64,000 nucleotides of DNA from the IMG/VR virus record IMGVR_UViG_3300016667_000797, positions 1 through 64,000 of that record; one strand, written 5' to 3'. This stretch comes from a virus. Taxonomy: Duplodnaviria > Caudoviricetes. The notes under the pieces are model-generated. The model had not been told where the DNA came from and searched no databases. It was given only the letters and a program-made list of their open reading frames with translations. This document shows, one piece after another, positions 34,162 through 43,601 of the stretch; within the stretch, counting starts at the first letter, position 1, and each line of letters begins with the position of its first letter. The position numbers and the translations under genes are program-made.

Positions 34162-35331
34162 ATGAAGTTGCTTGTGGCAAGTGATCTGCACTTGAGTGAT
34201 CGTATCTGGCGGCACCGGCCCATCGAGGGCGACAGCTATCATAGCTGGAAGCAGATCGTGGACCTCGCGATTCAGGCCCGTGTCAATGGTGTGATTTTGG
34301 CTGGCGACATTCTGGACAAGCAGTCCAATCTTTCCGGACCGGCTCTTATGCTGACGCAAGGATTGGCTCGTTTGACTGAGGCCGCAATTCCAGTCTACTA
34401 CAATCAAGGGCAGCATGAGTACCAAGGTAAACCTTGGATGTCTCTGATACCAGAAACGCAATGGATTCACGAAAAACTCGTACCATTGCCAGAAGGCTGG
34501 AAGATGGTCGGGTGCGACTATCAAAACGAAGAGAACTTTCAGGCGTTCTTGAGAAGCGACATGGCCCGCGCAGCCGACATCCTGGTATGTCACCAGGTCT
34601 GGCGAGACTTCATGGGCGACACAGGCAAACCCCAGGCCTCGTTTGATGATGTACCTGAAAACGTCAAGATACTGATTACTGGCGATTTTCATAAGCATCA
34701 ATTAGTGACTAATGCTGCTGAGACGTTGGCGGTGTTGTCTCCCGGCAGTACGCATAAGCGGTCGATTGCCGAACCGGATCCCCATGCGGTATTCCTGCTT
34801 AATCTGCGCAACGTGGCAAATTGTCCGACACCAGCCCTTGGAAGGCCGGTGGAAGGCTATACTGCGCGCACGATCTACATACGGACACGGCAGTGTGTCC
34901 GAGTAACAGCTAAAGGGATAAGTTATGCGCAGCTGCAGGAGCAAACCGATGCCGCGCTGGCGGACGCCGCGGAATTGGCCGAGGCATACCGTTTACCGGA
35001 CCAACTTCGTATGCCCTTGATGCAGCTGACGCATACCAGGCAGGACGCGGATCTGGTGCGCAAGTGGCAACAGGCTTACCACGGCAAAGCCCACCTCTTC
35101 TTCAAACAAGTTGGTGAGACCGTGGACGAACACGAGGAGAATCGTGAGTTCATGCAGCATATGGACCCGACGGACCGGGTTGGTATGCTGGGGTGCGTTG
35201 ATAACTTTATCAACAGGCAGGAACATCCCGACAGGTATGGGCTCGCCCTATCGTTACTGCACAGCCCGGACTACGAGCAAGCGCTCCACCGATGGGTCAA
35301 GGAACAGCTCACCCATGACAACCCTGTATGA
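34162..35331 (+). CDS. sbcD: SbcD/Mre11-like metallophosphoesterase nuclease
   Basis: SDLHL, LAGDILD, GQHE, VCHQ, TGDFHK, SPGST. Confidence 0.9.
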   Translation: MKLLVASDLHLSDRIWRHRPIEGDSYHSWKQIVDLAIQARVNGVILAGDILDKQSNLSGPALMLTQGLARLTEAAIPVYYNQGQHEYQGKPWMSLIPETQWIHEKLVPLPEGWKMVGCDYQNEENFQAFLRSDMARAADILVCHQVWRDFMGDTGKPQASFDDVPENVKILITGDFHKHQLVTNAAETLAVLSPGSTHKRSIAEPDPHAVFLLNLRNVANCPTPALGRPVEGYTARTIYIRTRQCVRVTAKGISYAQLQEQTDAALADAAELAEAYRLPDQLRMPLMQLTHTRQDADLVRKWQQAYHGKAHLFFKQVGETVDEHEENREFMQHMDPTDRVGMLGCVDNFINRQEHPDRYGLALSLLHSPDYEQALHRWVKEQLTHDNPV

Positions 35332-36082
35332 CATCGTTGACCTTGGCACGAAGCACGGTAACGCGATTGACGAATTTCGACGGCGAGGCTCACAGCGTGT
35401 GTTGCCTGCCGTTGATCCGAAATCGTGGATACCTGCTAAGTGCCTGGGCATCGAACGACCGGAAGCGGCCATGTATCGCACGGTTGTCGAAAACAAGGGT
35501 TATCGGTTTCAGCTAGGCAACCTGGCACAGGATCAGGTGCTGCGGGAATTGCCGCCTGCGCGTGTTTACCTCGGCTGGCATTTCCTGGAGCACCTGCCGA
35601 ACAAAGATTTCTCCTACTTGGCAGCACAAGCCGCAATGGATAAGGCTACGGAGCTGGTCTGGTTTCGCTTGCCCAGCTTCGAGCCGGACGATATCTGCGG
35701 TGAAGGATTGCTCAAACGGATGGATCTGCGATTCACCTGGACACACTGGAAGGGGCACACCAGCCGATGGTTGCTTAAGGACGCAGAACGTGCGGCACGA
35801 GATTGGGCCGCAGTCAATCCCAAACGTCCGTTTGAATTCACGATTCGACCGGCGCGTTACATTCGTGAGGTAGCTGACCTGCGGGTTGTACCAATCGACG
35901 CTCCGATTGACACAAACAAATATCATCCAAGTCTCGGACCCAAGCCTCGAGATTACCGATTGGCGCGTCCAATCATCTCGGAGTGGGAAGTCACCATGAG
36001 GTTCAAATGCAAATCCGAAATGTCCAACTACAAAATATTGGTCCCCACCGAACGCTCAACGTCGATTTCGGAAGCGGACTGA
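35315..36082 (+). CDS. SAM-dependent methyltransferase-like protein
   Basis: IVDLGTKHG motif I-like, CLGIE, WHFLEHLP. Confidence 0.5.
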   Translation: MTTLYDIVDLGTKHGNAIDEFRRRGSQRVLPAVDPKSWIPAKCLGIERPEAAMYRTVVENKGYRFQLGNLAQDQVLRELPPARVYLGWHFLEHLPNKDFSYLAAQAAMDKATELVWFRLPSFEPDDICGEGLLKRMDLRFTWTHWKGHTSRWLLKDAERAARDWAAVNPKRPFEFTIRPARYIREVADLRVVPIDAPIDTNKYHPSLGPKPRDYRLARPIISEWEVTMRFKCKSEMSNYKILVPTERSTSISEAD

Positions 36083-38115
36083 TTGGCCTGACCGGCTCCA
36101 ACGGAGCAGGCAAGTCCACCCTGGTCAACGCCATCTATGCGGCGCTGACCAATGACTTCTCCCGGTTCAATGCCACCAAGGCGGAGATCATCACCAACGG
36201 CTCGGGCACTGAACCGAGCTTCATCCGGCTGACAGGCGAACACCGCGGTCAGGAGTTTACCTTGACGCGCTGGTTGCGTCCCAGCAAAAACGAGTTTGAG
36301 ATCGGTGGCCGGAGCTTTACCAAGGCTAACGATGTCAACGACGCGGTTATGGCCGAGCTGAACATCTCCAAGTCGGTGATTGACAAATATGTCTTTGTCG
36401 ATCAGTGGCAGATGTTCGGGTTTCTGGATCAGACCGACAGCGAGCGGGCCAAGACCTTCCAGTATCTCTGCGGCACGGAATCCGCGTCGCAGATCTACAA
36501 GGTCTGCAACGACTATGTGACCAAGCAGAAAGGCACCGAGATCGTCGACAACAGCCTTGAGTTGCAGGAGGCAATTGACGAGGCCCGGAAGAGCATGACG
36601 GACTGGCAGCAAGAGATTGCTCAACTCAAACCGTTCGCACTGGATGATGCAACGGCAAACGAGCTCCGACAAGTCTTGGCTCGGGCAGCTGCTGCCGAAG
36701 AGGCCGAAGCTGAGCTGGGGATCAAGGCAGAACTGCATGATCCCTGCCAGGACAAGTTGACTGCCGCAGTCACAGCCTTGCAGGAAGTGCAAATCGAAAA
36801 GCGTGAAACGGAAGATTGGCTGGCCGAGAACGCCGACAAGGAGAAACGAGCGCACGATCGGGTACGTCAGTGGCAAGCCGAGCAGAAAACTCAGGCACAG
36901 CGGGCACAATGGGAGAAAACGCTGGCTGAGACTCAGGAATTCTTGGCTCAGTGTGACTGGCCAAAATTGCCGGAAGCCTACTGTCCGGCAGAACAACGCG
37001 AAGCCTTGAAACAAGAACGCGATCGGTACAAAGCCTTGCTGCAGGCAACACAAGGACTACAGCTGGACGATCCTGTTTGCGCTTACTGCGGACAGGAGAT
37101 CAGCGAGAAACATCGGGAAAAACTACAAACACAACAAGACGGTAATCTAGATGCTTACAATGCCATCATGCTGCGGCTGTCCAGGTCCCAGGCCTATGAC
37201 GAGCGTATGGTGCGGCGTAAGCAACAAATAGACGCGCTTGAATCAAAAATTCGGGAACTGGAAGCGAGACTGGAGACGCTCCCAGCCATCGGCACGCAAA
37301 GTTCCGCTCAGGGTGCCGAGGCATTTTTGCAGCGTGTTGCGTCTAAACGAGAATTGCTGGAACAGCTGCGGGAAAAGGTGGTGCGTTTGGAGAAATTGCG
37401 GACGCGCGCCGAGAGTGAGTTGCAGGTGCTGGAGCAACGGATTACCCACCTGCGCAACCAAATCAGCAAAAAGCCCACGGACGACGAGTTTGCTGAGGCA
37501 CACGAACGGCTGACGGCAGATCGCGACGCAGTGCCGCGCATCGCAGAAGCCTCAGGAGCCTATCACGAAGCGGAACGCACGGCCAAGCGTGCGCAGCTGA
37601 CACTGGATCAGCTTAAAGCACGGCTGGCCGGTCGAGTCAAAATCCGGAATTTGCTGGACACGATTTCTGCCGTAGGTGATGTGTTTCACTGGAACAATTT
37701 GCCTAAAATGGTGTCTCAGGCCAATCTTGAACTCTTGGTGGGCGACATCAATGCCAATCTCGAGTTGTTCAACAATCCGTTCACGGTGGAAGCTGACGAG
37801 GACTTGACGTTCCGTGTCTACTTCCCAGGGCAACGGCCAGTCAAAGCCAAGCAGTTGTCCGGTGGGCAGAAGGTCATTTTGGCAATTGCGTTCCGGGCTG
37901 CGCTGGGGCGCGTGTTTGGTCACGATGTCGGTATGCTCTTTCTGGATGAGCCGACCAGCGGCCTGGACGCAGATAACGTCTCCTACTTTCACGAGGCGTT
38001 GCAGCAATTGTCACAGAAGCTCGGCGCAAATCGTCAGTTGGTGGTGATTACGCACGTGCATGAGTTGAGCGAAGTTTTTGACCAACTCGTTGAGATTAAG
38101 AAGAACGGGACATGA
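36007..38115 (+). CDS. sbcC: SbcC/Rad50-like SMC ATPase
   Basis: GSNGAGKST Walker A, FVDQ Q-loop, coiled coil with CAYC zinc hook, LSGGQK signature, FLDEPT Walker B, VITH. Confidence 0.95.
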   Translation: MQIRNVQLQNIGPHRTLNVDFGSGLIGLTGSNGAGKSTLVNAIYAALTNDFSRFNATKAEIITNGSGTEPSFIRLTGEHRGQEFTLTRWLRPSKNEFEIGGRSFTKANDVNDAVMAELNISKSVIDKYVFVDQWQMFGFLDQTDSERAKTFQYLCGTESASQIYKVCNDYVTKQKGTEIVDNSLELQEAIDEARKSMTDWQQEIAQLKPFALDDATANELRQVLARAAAAEEAEAELGIKAELHDPCQDKLTAAVTALQEVQIEKRETEDWLAENADKEKRAHDRVRQWQAEQKTQAQRAQWEKTLAETQEFLAQCDWPKLPEAYCPAEQREALKQERDRYKALLQATQGLQLDDPVCAYCGQEISEKHREKLQTQQDGNLDAYNAIMLRLSRSQAYDERMVRRKQQIDALESKIRELEARLETLPAIGTQSSAQGAEAFLQRVASKRELLEQLREKVVRLEKLRTRAESELQVLEQRITHLRNQISKKPTDDEFAEAHERLTADRDAVPRIAEASGAYHEAERTAKRAQLTLDQLKARLAGRVKIRNLLDTISAVGDVFHWNNLPKMVSQANLELLVGDINANLELFNNPFTVEADEDLTFRVYFPGQRPVKAKQLSGGQKVILAIAFRAALGRVFGHDVGMLFLDEPTSGLDADNVSYFHEALQQLSQKLGANRQLVVITHVHELSEVFDQLVEIKKNGT

Positions 38116-38957
38116 TGCAGCGCGATCAGATTTGTCTCCATACGGGCTCCGACGGCATTGTGTGGGCCATGACGTCCGCCGGGTTGCCCAAACCAATTGG
38201 TGACACAATCACCAAAGGTCCATTCTGGCCGGGACTCTATCGCATAGCAGCTGCCCCCTGCAATTACCGGTTGCTTGTTGAGCTCTACTCGTCGCTTACC
38301 AGCAAAGACATTCAGGCCACGCTTCTGGCGGGCAAGCCTACGCTCGCCAGAGGTTCGGTTCAGGATGTGTTGAATCGGCTGACGCTGTTGGAGGTGCACG
38401 ACAACCTGCCGCACACATGGCATGCCATGACGCGGGAAACCTATAACCATTACCTGCTGTTACGCCAAGCGCATGAGCAGGGTTACGGCGCTCACCTGGA
38501 ATACTTGTTCAATCATCATCAAATGCGCGAGCATTTGAAGTTTCTAGGTATCCAGTCGGTAGCCTTGGCTGTGGAGCTGTTGGCAGCTATCGGCGATCCG
38601 CGCTGGTTCATCAATCCGAACCGGCCGCATCGCCTGGATTGCCTTTACAGCTACTTCCGCCTGATGCCCAAGCAGTTCTCGGTTGTTCTGTTGCGGGAGC
38701 CGTACTTGTCGCCGTCCTGTCGGCGCGCAAAGTTGCTGCTGGAGATCCTGGGAGACTTACGGAAAGACAGCTTTCTGTTTCACGATTCCGGTCGTGCCAC
38801 GGCCATGCAACACACCATGAAAGCCTGCCGCAGACTACTGAGCTTTGTGGCGTATAATTGGATTGAGTTGCTGACCCACGGCGCCGCCAGCTTTGACGTT
38901 GACCGGTTCTTTCAGGACAGGGACAATCGTCGACACTACCGATCGGCTTTCAGGTGA
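38112..38957 (+). CDS. protein with an IS110/IS116-transposase C-terminal-like (Nop-related) domain
   Basis: FLGIQSVALAVELLAAIGDPRWF...LYSYFRLMP resembles the IS110 C-domain pattern PGIG..tAa.llaeIGD..RF....laSYaGL.P; no DEDD RuvC start recognised. Confidence 0.5.
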   Translation: MMQRDQICLHTGSDGIVWAMTSAGLPKPIGDTITKGPFWPGLYRIAAAPCNYRLLVELYSSLTSKDIQATLLAGKPTLARGSVQDVLNRLTLLEVHDNLPHTWHAMTRETYNHYLLLRQAHEQGYGAHLEYLFNHHQMREHLKFLGIQSVALAVELLAAIGDPRWFINPNRPHRLDCLYSYFRLMPKQFSVVLLREPYLSPSCRRAKLLLEILGDLRKDSFLFHDSGRATAMQHTMKACRRLLSFVAYNWIELLTHGAASFDVDRFFQDRDNRRHYRSAFR

Positions 38958-38963
38958 CAATCC

Positions 38964-39458
38964 ATGCGGGAACTCAGCGTTCGGATCCGTTTTACAAACC
39001 CAAGTCTGGGAAATGAAAAAGACCCCAAGACCGGGCGTTTCAAGTTCCAGCGCAGCCCGGGTCGAGAAGGAAAAATTCTTTTCCTGGCCACCTGGCACCA
39101 CAGCAACATGAAACTGGCGGCCGAGATGATGGGCCGACACCAGGAATCGGTAAAGCAGATCTGCTGGGACATCGAGGTTGATGCCCAGCTGCGCGAAAAG
39201 TGTCTGATCCGTTGCTTCTATCAGAAGTCACCGGGCGGGCGCGAGCGCTGGAGCCTGCACGAATCACTCATGGCCGGGCAAACCATCGTGGTCAACTGCG
39301 TGGTGCCTGCCGACATCGACGATCAGGATTTCTGGACGTTGATGCAGATTGCCGGGAAGTACAAAGGATTGTCGCCCTGGCAGCCAGGCAAGTACGGCCA
39401 ATATGAGGTGGTCAGCATCCATCCTCGCCGGTCTCGATTTGAGTCCGACCTGGGTTAA
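38964..39458 (+). CDS. second, divergent RAMP/Cas7-like protein
   Basis: VRIRFTNPSLG N-terminal strand, HESL..G and a C-terminal AGKYKGLSPWQPGKYGQYEV Gly-rich loop. Confidence 0.55.
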   Translation: MRELSVRIRFTNPSLGNEKDPKTGRFKFQRSPGREGKILFLATWHHSNMKLAAEMMGRHQESVKQICWDIEVDAQLREKCLIRCFYQKSPGGRERWSLHESLMAGQTIVVNCVVPADIDDQDFWTLMQIAGKYKGLSPWQPGKYGQYEVVSIHPRRSRFESDLG

Positions 39459-39461
39459 AAC

Positions 39462-39496
39462 AAAAATGCCGTCCAGGTGGCGAATCCCGGACGGCA
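39462..39496 (-). terminator. hairpin, possible minus-strand terminator
   Basis: AAAAA-tgccgtcc...ggacggca. Confidence 0.4.
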
Positions 39497-39583
39497 GGAG
39501 CGTGTAGCGGTTGGGGCGTATTTTGGCGCTCAACCGCTGCGTATTGTACATAGACACCACAAGAAAATCAACGAGGGGGACAA

Positions 39584-41080
39584 ATGAATGCCAAACGCAT
39601 TGTGACCATGTACAAACATGGCAATACCATGTTCCTGGATCCGACGACGGATCGGATCTTCGCCATCCTGAAGCCAATTCTTAGCTTTCAGGAGCAGGTG
39701 CAATATCGTGGAATTGAGGCGACACAGCGTAAGCAGCTGGGTCTTTCTGTTCAGGAGCGCGTGCACCATACGCTCTTTGAACTGGATCACCGCCATCGGA
39801 TCGTGACCACGTTCGGGTTTTGGAAGGTCGTGCGAGACGCGCTGCGCAAAGCCGGGTACGAAGTTCGGCTCAAAGACATGACGCCGTCAGACCCGGCCAA
39901 GTTTGAACCGCACTGGCACAACATCGCGCACTACAAGCTGCGGGAAAACCAACCAGAGTTTTTACAGAAGATCCTGACCAACCGGTGTGGTCGGTTCGAT
40001 TGTCCACCCGGTTTTGGCAAGTCGTTCATGATTGGCTTGGTGGCAGCGCTGTTGCCCAAGGCCAAGATCGACGTCGTAACCCGCCGCGTGGCCGTGCTCC
40101 GCGACCGAATCTATCCGGAGCTGGTCCAGATGGTCGGTGATGTCGGTATCGTAGGCGGCGGCAAGAAGGTGCTCAATAAGCGGGTCATGTGTTATACCGT
40201 CGGTTCGATGGCACACAGCCCGGCCACAGCAGACATTCTGATTGCCGACGAAGTGCACGAGCTGGCTGCTGATAACGCGGCGGCTCAGCTGGTGCGTTGG
40301 CAAAAGAGCCGCAACTACGGATTGTCAGCCAGCCACGACATGCGTTGGGATGGCAAGGATGCCCGGATGCATGGAGTTTTTGGTCCGATCATCTTTCGGG
40401 TCGATTATCAACAGGCGCAGGCGGCCAACATGGTGGTGCCGATCGAGGTGCACTGGTCTGACGTGGTCATGGACGTTGACCCGGCCAGTGGGCGGGAAGA
40501 CGTAGAGAAGAAACGATACGGTATCTGGCGTAACAAGTACCGCAATTCGGTGATCGCCCGGGATGCTCGCAAGTATGACGCCGACACGCAGGTGTTGATC
40601 ACTGTCGATACGCTCGAGCACGCCATGCATTTGAAGAAACTCTTGCCTGAGTTCACCCTGGTCTACATGGAAAATGGACTGACTTCCAGTGATCGGACCA
40701 AATATGCCAAAATGGGTTGTTGTGAGCCGGATGAACCGTTCATGGATTTCAACCGGCGACAGCAACTGACTCGCGATTTCGAATCAGGAAAACTGAAGAA
40801 GGCGATCTGTACTACGGTATGGAACGTCGGCGTCAGCTTCAATAAACTGTCAGTGCTGATCCGGGCAGCCGGAGGCGGCAGTTCAATCAATGACATCCAG
40901 ATCCCGGGACGCGTTTCGCGGGTGGCGGAAGGTAAAGATTGTGGTGTCGTGCACGACTATCTGGATCAGTTCAATCCCGGGTTTCGCAGGCAGGCGACCG
41001 CCAGGTCGCAGACCTACGACGACAACGGTTGGCGTCAACTGCGTCCGGGCAAAACGGAAATGGGAAAACGGTTGACCTGA
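39584..41080 (+). CDS. SF2 DExH helicase (UvsW/Res-like)
   Basis: CPPGFGKS, ADEVH, GLSAS, CTTVWNVGVS, QIPGRVSR. Confidence 0.9.
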   Translation: MNAKRIVTMYKHGNTMFLDPTTDRIFAILKPILSFQEQVQYRGIEATQRKQLGLSVQERVHHTLFELDHRHRIVTTFGFWKVVRDALRKAGYEVRLKDMTPSDPAKFEPHWHNIAHYKLRENQPEFLQKILTNRCGRFDCPPGFGKSFMIGLVAALLPKAKIDVVTRRVAVLRDRIYPELVQMVGDVGIVGGGKKVLNKRVMCYTVGSMAHSPATADILIADEVHELAADNAAAQLVRWQKSRNYGLSASHDMRWDGKDARMHGVFGPIIFRVDYQQAQAANMVVPIEVHWSDVVMDVDPASGREDVEKKRYGIWRNKYRNSVIARDARKYDADTQVLITVDTLEHAMHLKKLLPEFTLVYMENGLTSSDRTKYAKMGCCEPDEPFMDFNRRQQLTRDFESGKLKKAICTTVWNVGVSFNKLSVLIRAAGGGSSINDIQIPGRVSRVAEGKDCGVVHDYLDQFNPGFRRQATARSQTYDDNGWRQLRPGKTEMGKRLT

Positions 41081-41108
41081 CTCACACAACGGAGGCGAAG
41101 TTGACCTG

Positions 41109-41882
41109 ATGACGCGTCGTCAATTCAGCCGTCAGCCGACTCCTGGCGCGACGGCACGACCGAGCCATCGGCTCGGATCCGGCGAAACTGATCCAATCAT
41201 CGAGGCGTTCAAGCAAACCTATGTGCTTGAACGCCGCGTGCTTGAGCGTTTTCGTTTCGGCGATGTCCCGGCTTATCAGCCCTCGGCGAGCCTGGACGGC
41301 AATCAGCTGTTCGACACGCCCGAGGAGAAGCCAAAGGAAAACGAGTGGGCGATCGCTTACAACAAAATTCGAACCGTACAGGCGATAGACCCCAACCATT
41401 ACCTGAGATTGGTATTTCGGGTGTTGCGGGGTTCGGCGTTGTCAATTCCTACGATCAAACAGGTTGCAACTGCTCGTTGGTTCGAGCTGGCTCGAGAATT
41501 TGCGGAGGCCAGCAAGTTTGAAGTAAGCCAGCAATACTTGTCTGAAAGCCAACGGGCAAGGTCGGCGATCATAAGGCACCAAAAGGGGGGTGGTCACACA
41601 CTCTCGTTGGCGGTATATTACGCGATCGTCGACGACCGGTTGGAGCTGTCGCCATTGTTCAGGTACTGCCTGGCGATGTCGTCCAGCAAACAGATCCGGG
41701 AGGCCGATAAAACCGATTTGTACTGCGACCGGCTCGAGAAGTTGGGCAAGCGGTACGAATTCCTGGCGGCGATGGATTACACGTTGTTCCCCGATCTCTA
41801 TGACCGGGCCTGGGGTAACGTGCTTCCATCGGGATTTCGTGTAGCGGCATTTGCTCTTCTGGAGGCTGCCCGTGGGCAGTAA
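41109..41882 (+). CDS. hypothetical protein (possible helicase loader, by position only)
   Basis: 257 aa ORF directly upstream of the DnaB-like gene. Confidence 0.55.
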   Translation: MTRRQFSRQPTPGATARPSHRLGSGETDPIIEAFKQTYVLERRVLERFRFGDVPAYQPSASLDGNQLFDTPEEKPKENEWAIAYNKIRTVQAIDPNHYLRLVFRVLRGSALSIPTIKQVATARWFELAREFAEASKFEVSQQYLSESQRARSAIIRHQKGGGHTLSLAVYYAIVDDRLELSPLFRYCLAMSSSKQIREADKTDLYCDRLEKLGKRYEFLAAMDYTLFPDLYDRAWGNVLPSGFRVAAFALLEAARGQ

Positions 41883-41908
41883 TGGGTGTATTTTGCGAAA
41901 GGAAGCTC

Positions 41909-43591
41909 ATGCAGCAAGACCGGCAGTCTGCGAGACTGTCAGGCGCCCATGTACGGTTGTTTATGGCGATCCTGCTTCACAACGAAGCTGTGTTTGCCGA
42001 TTTCCAGGGTAAGCTGACAGTCGATCATTTTTCTGAAGAAAGCTATCGCCTGCTCTACCGGGTGATGCTGGACCTTTTCCAGGACAACGCTGCGTTGCCC
42101 ACATCGGCGGAGGTCTGGACAGAACTCGAGAGCCACTTCGAGGCGGATTCGGAAATCGTCTCGGAAGAGAGTCGGCTGGATCTCGAGGAATTTCTCGAGT
42201 TCGCTTACGATCCCGAGCTGTTTCACGATAGTCCGCCCACCGGTAAAAAGATGGAGAACTTTGCCTTCAAGGTAGGCAAACGACTCCTCTGGCAATATAC
42301 GCAGCACAAGATCGAGGTCACGGTGCGGAACGCGCCGTCCCTGGATCAGTTGCCGTTCATATTGCAGCAGCACCAGGCTGAACTCGACGTCATTGAGATG
42401 ACGTCGCAGAAGAAACAAGCGACCCTGACAATGGGTCCCAACTGGTCAAAGCATCGACCGATGGATATTCGGTCCACGGGACTTGGTTTCCTGGATCGTT
42501 ATATGGGTGGCGGTGCGGCGGCAGGCGAAGCCTACGGCTTCATGGCCCCTTACGGTACCTGTAAGACGACCGTGGCCGTCATGCTCTGGTCCTGCGCAGC
42601 ACAGCAGTGCTACGAGGATACGCTGTCTGAAAACTGGGACGGACGTAAAGGCCTTTCTGTGCTGGTGACCTACGAAGCACCATTGGCACCAGAAATCCTG
42701 CATCGTCTGGTCATGTACTCGGCTCAGGTAAGCCGATACAGCCTGGAACGCATGGGTATGGATGGGATCGACGCACTGGGTGACGATCCGGATAATCCGT
42801 TGCCTTATGAAAAAGAACGCTTCAAGCAGCAATTGACTGATGTTGTATTCAAGACCGAAAAACAACGCGTGGCTGAGATCGAGCCCTGGGTAAACGCACA
42901 TACCCTCTGTCTCGACTTCTCTGGCTCTGATCCGGAGCATCCAACGGCAGGCAGCGGAGGTATTCCGGAAATCGTTCAACGGATCCGTCAGGAGCTGAGG
43001 TTGCGTGGACCGGAATACTACGTCCGAAATGTGATTGTGGATTATCTGGGTTTGATGGTGGACCGTGACCTGGCAATCAAGAATGCCAAGAAGCAGGCTG
43101 AGGATCACAAGACTTATCAGCAGGCCGGTGAACAGGTCGTCCATCAGATTTCCAAGTTTTTCAACTGTCACACTTGGCTCATGCACCAGCTTTCGGGCCA
43201 GGCCAACGCCAAGCTGAGCGCCACGGCGACGATGCACCACACCGACGCCAAAGGTTCCAAGTCGTTCGCAGAAAATCTCAACTTCGCGTTCGTGGTTGGC
43301 AACCTGAACATTGATGGCTTGGGTCAGATCACCTGTACCAAGCACCGGCGTTACCGAAAACTACCTGCCACGATTATCAAAGTCGATGGTGAGTTCAATC
43401 TGGTACTCTCGCCAGACAACTATCAAATCGACAATCGGGGCAACATCGTGGACAAGGCCACGGCTTCGTTGGTTGGCAATGCGCCTGCGCTAAATCACGG
43501 TGTCTTCAATGACCTGGATCCACCAGAACTGCCTCCAATGACTACCGCAGCCGAGACAACGTACGAAGACACTGCTTCGTACACCGATTAA
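41909..43591 (+). CDS. dnaB: replicative DnaB-like helicase
   Basis: N-terminal helical domain; APYGTCKTT Walker A, IVDYLGLM Walker B, HQLS, KSFAENLNFAF, KHRR. Confidence 0.85.
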   Translation: MQQDRQSARLSGAHVRLFMAILLHNEAVFADFQGKLTVDHFSEESYRLLYRVMLDLFQDNAALPTSAEVWTELESHFEADSEIVSEESRLDLEEFLEFAYDPELFHDSPPTGKKMENFAFKVGKRLLWQYTQHKIEVTVRNAPSLDQLPFILQQHQAELDVIEMTSQKKQATLTMGPNWSKHRPMDIRSTGLGFLDRYMGGGAAAGEAYGFMAPYGTCKTTVAVMLWSCAAQQCYEDTLSENWDGRKGLSVLVTYEAPLAPEILHRLVMYSAQVSRYSLERMGMDGIDALGDDPDNPLPYEKERFKQQLTDVVFKTEKQRVAEIEPWVNAHTLCLDFSGSDPEHPTAGSGGIPEIVQRIRQELRLRGPEYYVRNVIVDYLGLMVDRDLAIKNAKKQAEDHKTYQQAGEQVVHQISKFFNCHTWLMHQLSGQANAKLSATATMHHTDAKGSKSFAENLNFAFVVGNLNIDGLGQITCTKHRRYRKLPATIIKVDGEFNLVLSPDNYQIDNRGNIVDKATASLVGNAPALNHGVFNDLDPPELPPMTTAAETTYEDTASYTD

Positions 43592-43601
43592 GGACAGAAC
43601 C

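Noticed and set aside
38112-38957. Active IS110 insertion sequence
   Set aside because: No N-terminal DEDD RuvC motif or IS ends were recognised, and the gene is translationally coupled within the replication operon, so it is treated as a domesticated domain.
42806-42820. Possible self-target of guide U4 (TATGAAAAAGAACGC in dnaB)
   Set aside because: Only the first four dinucleotides match and the fifth fails; consistent with chance.
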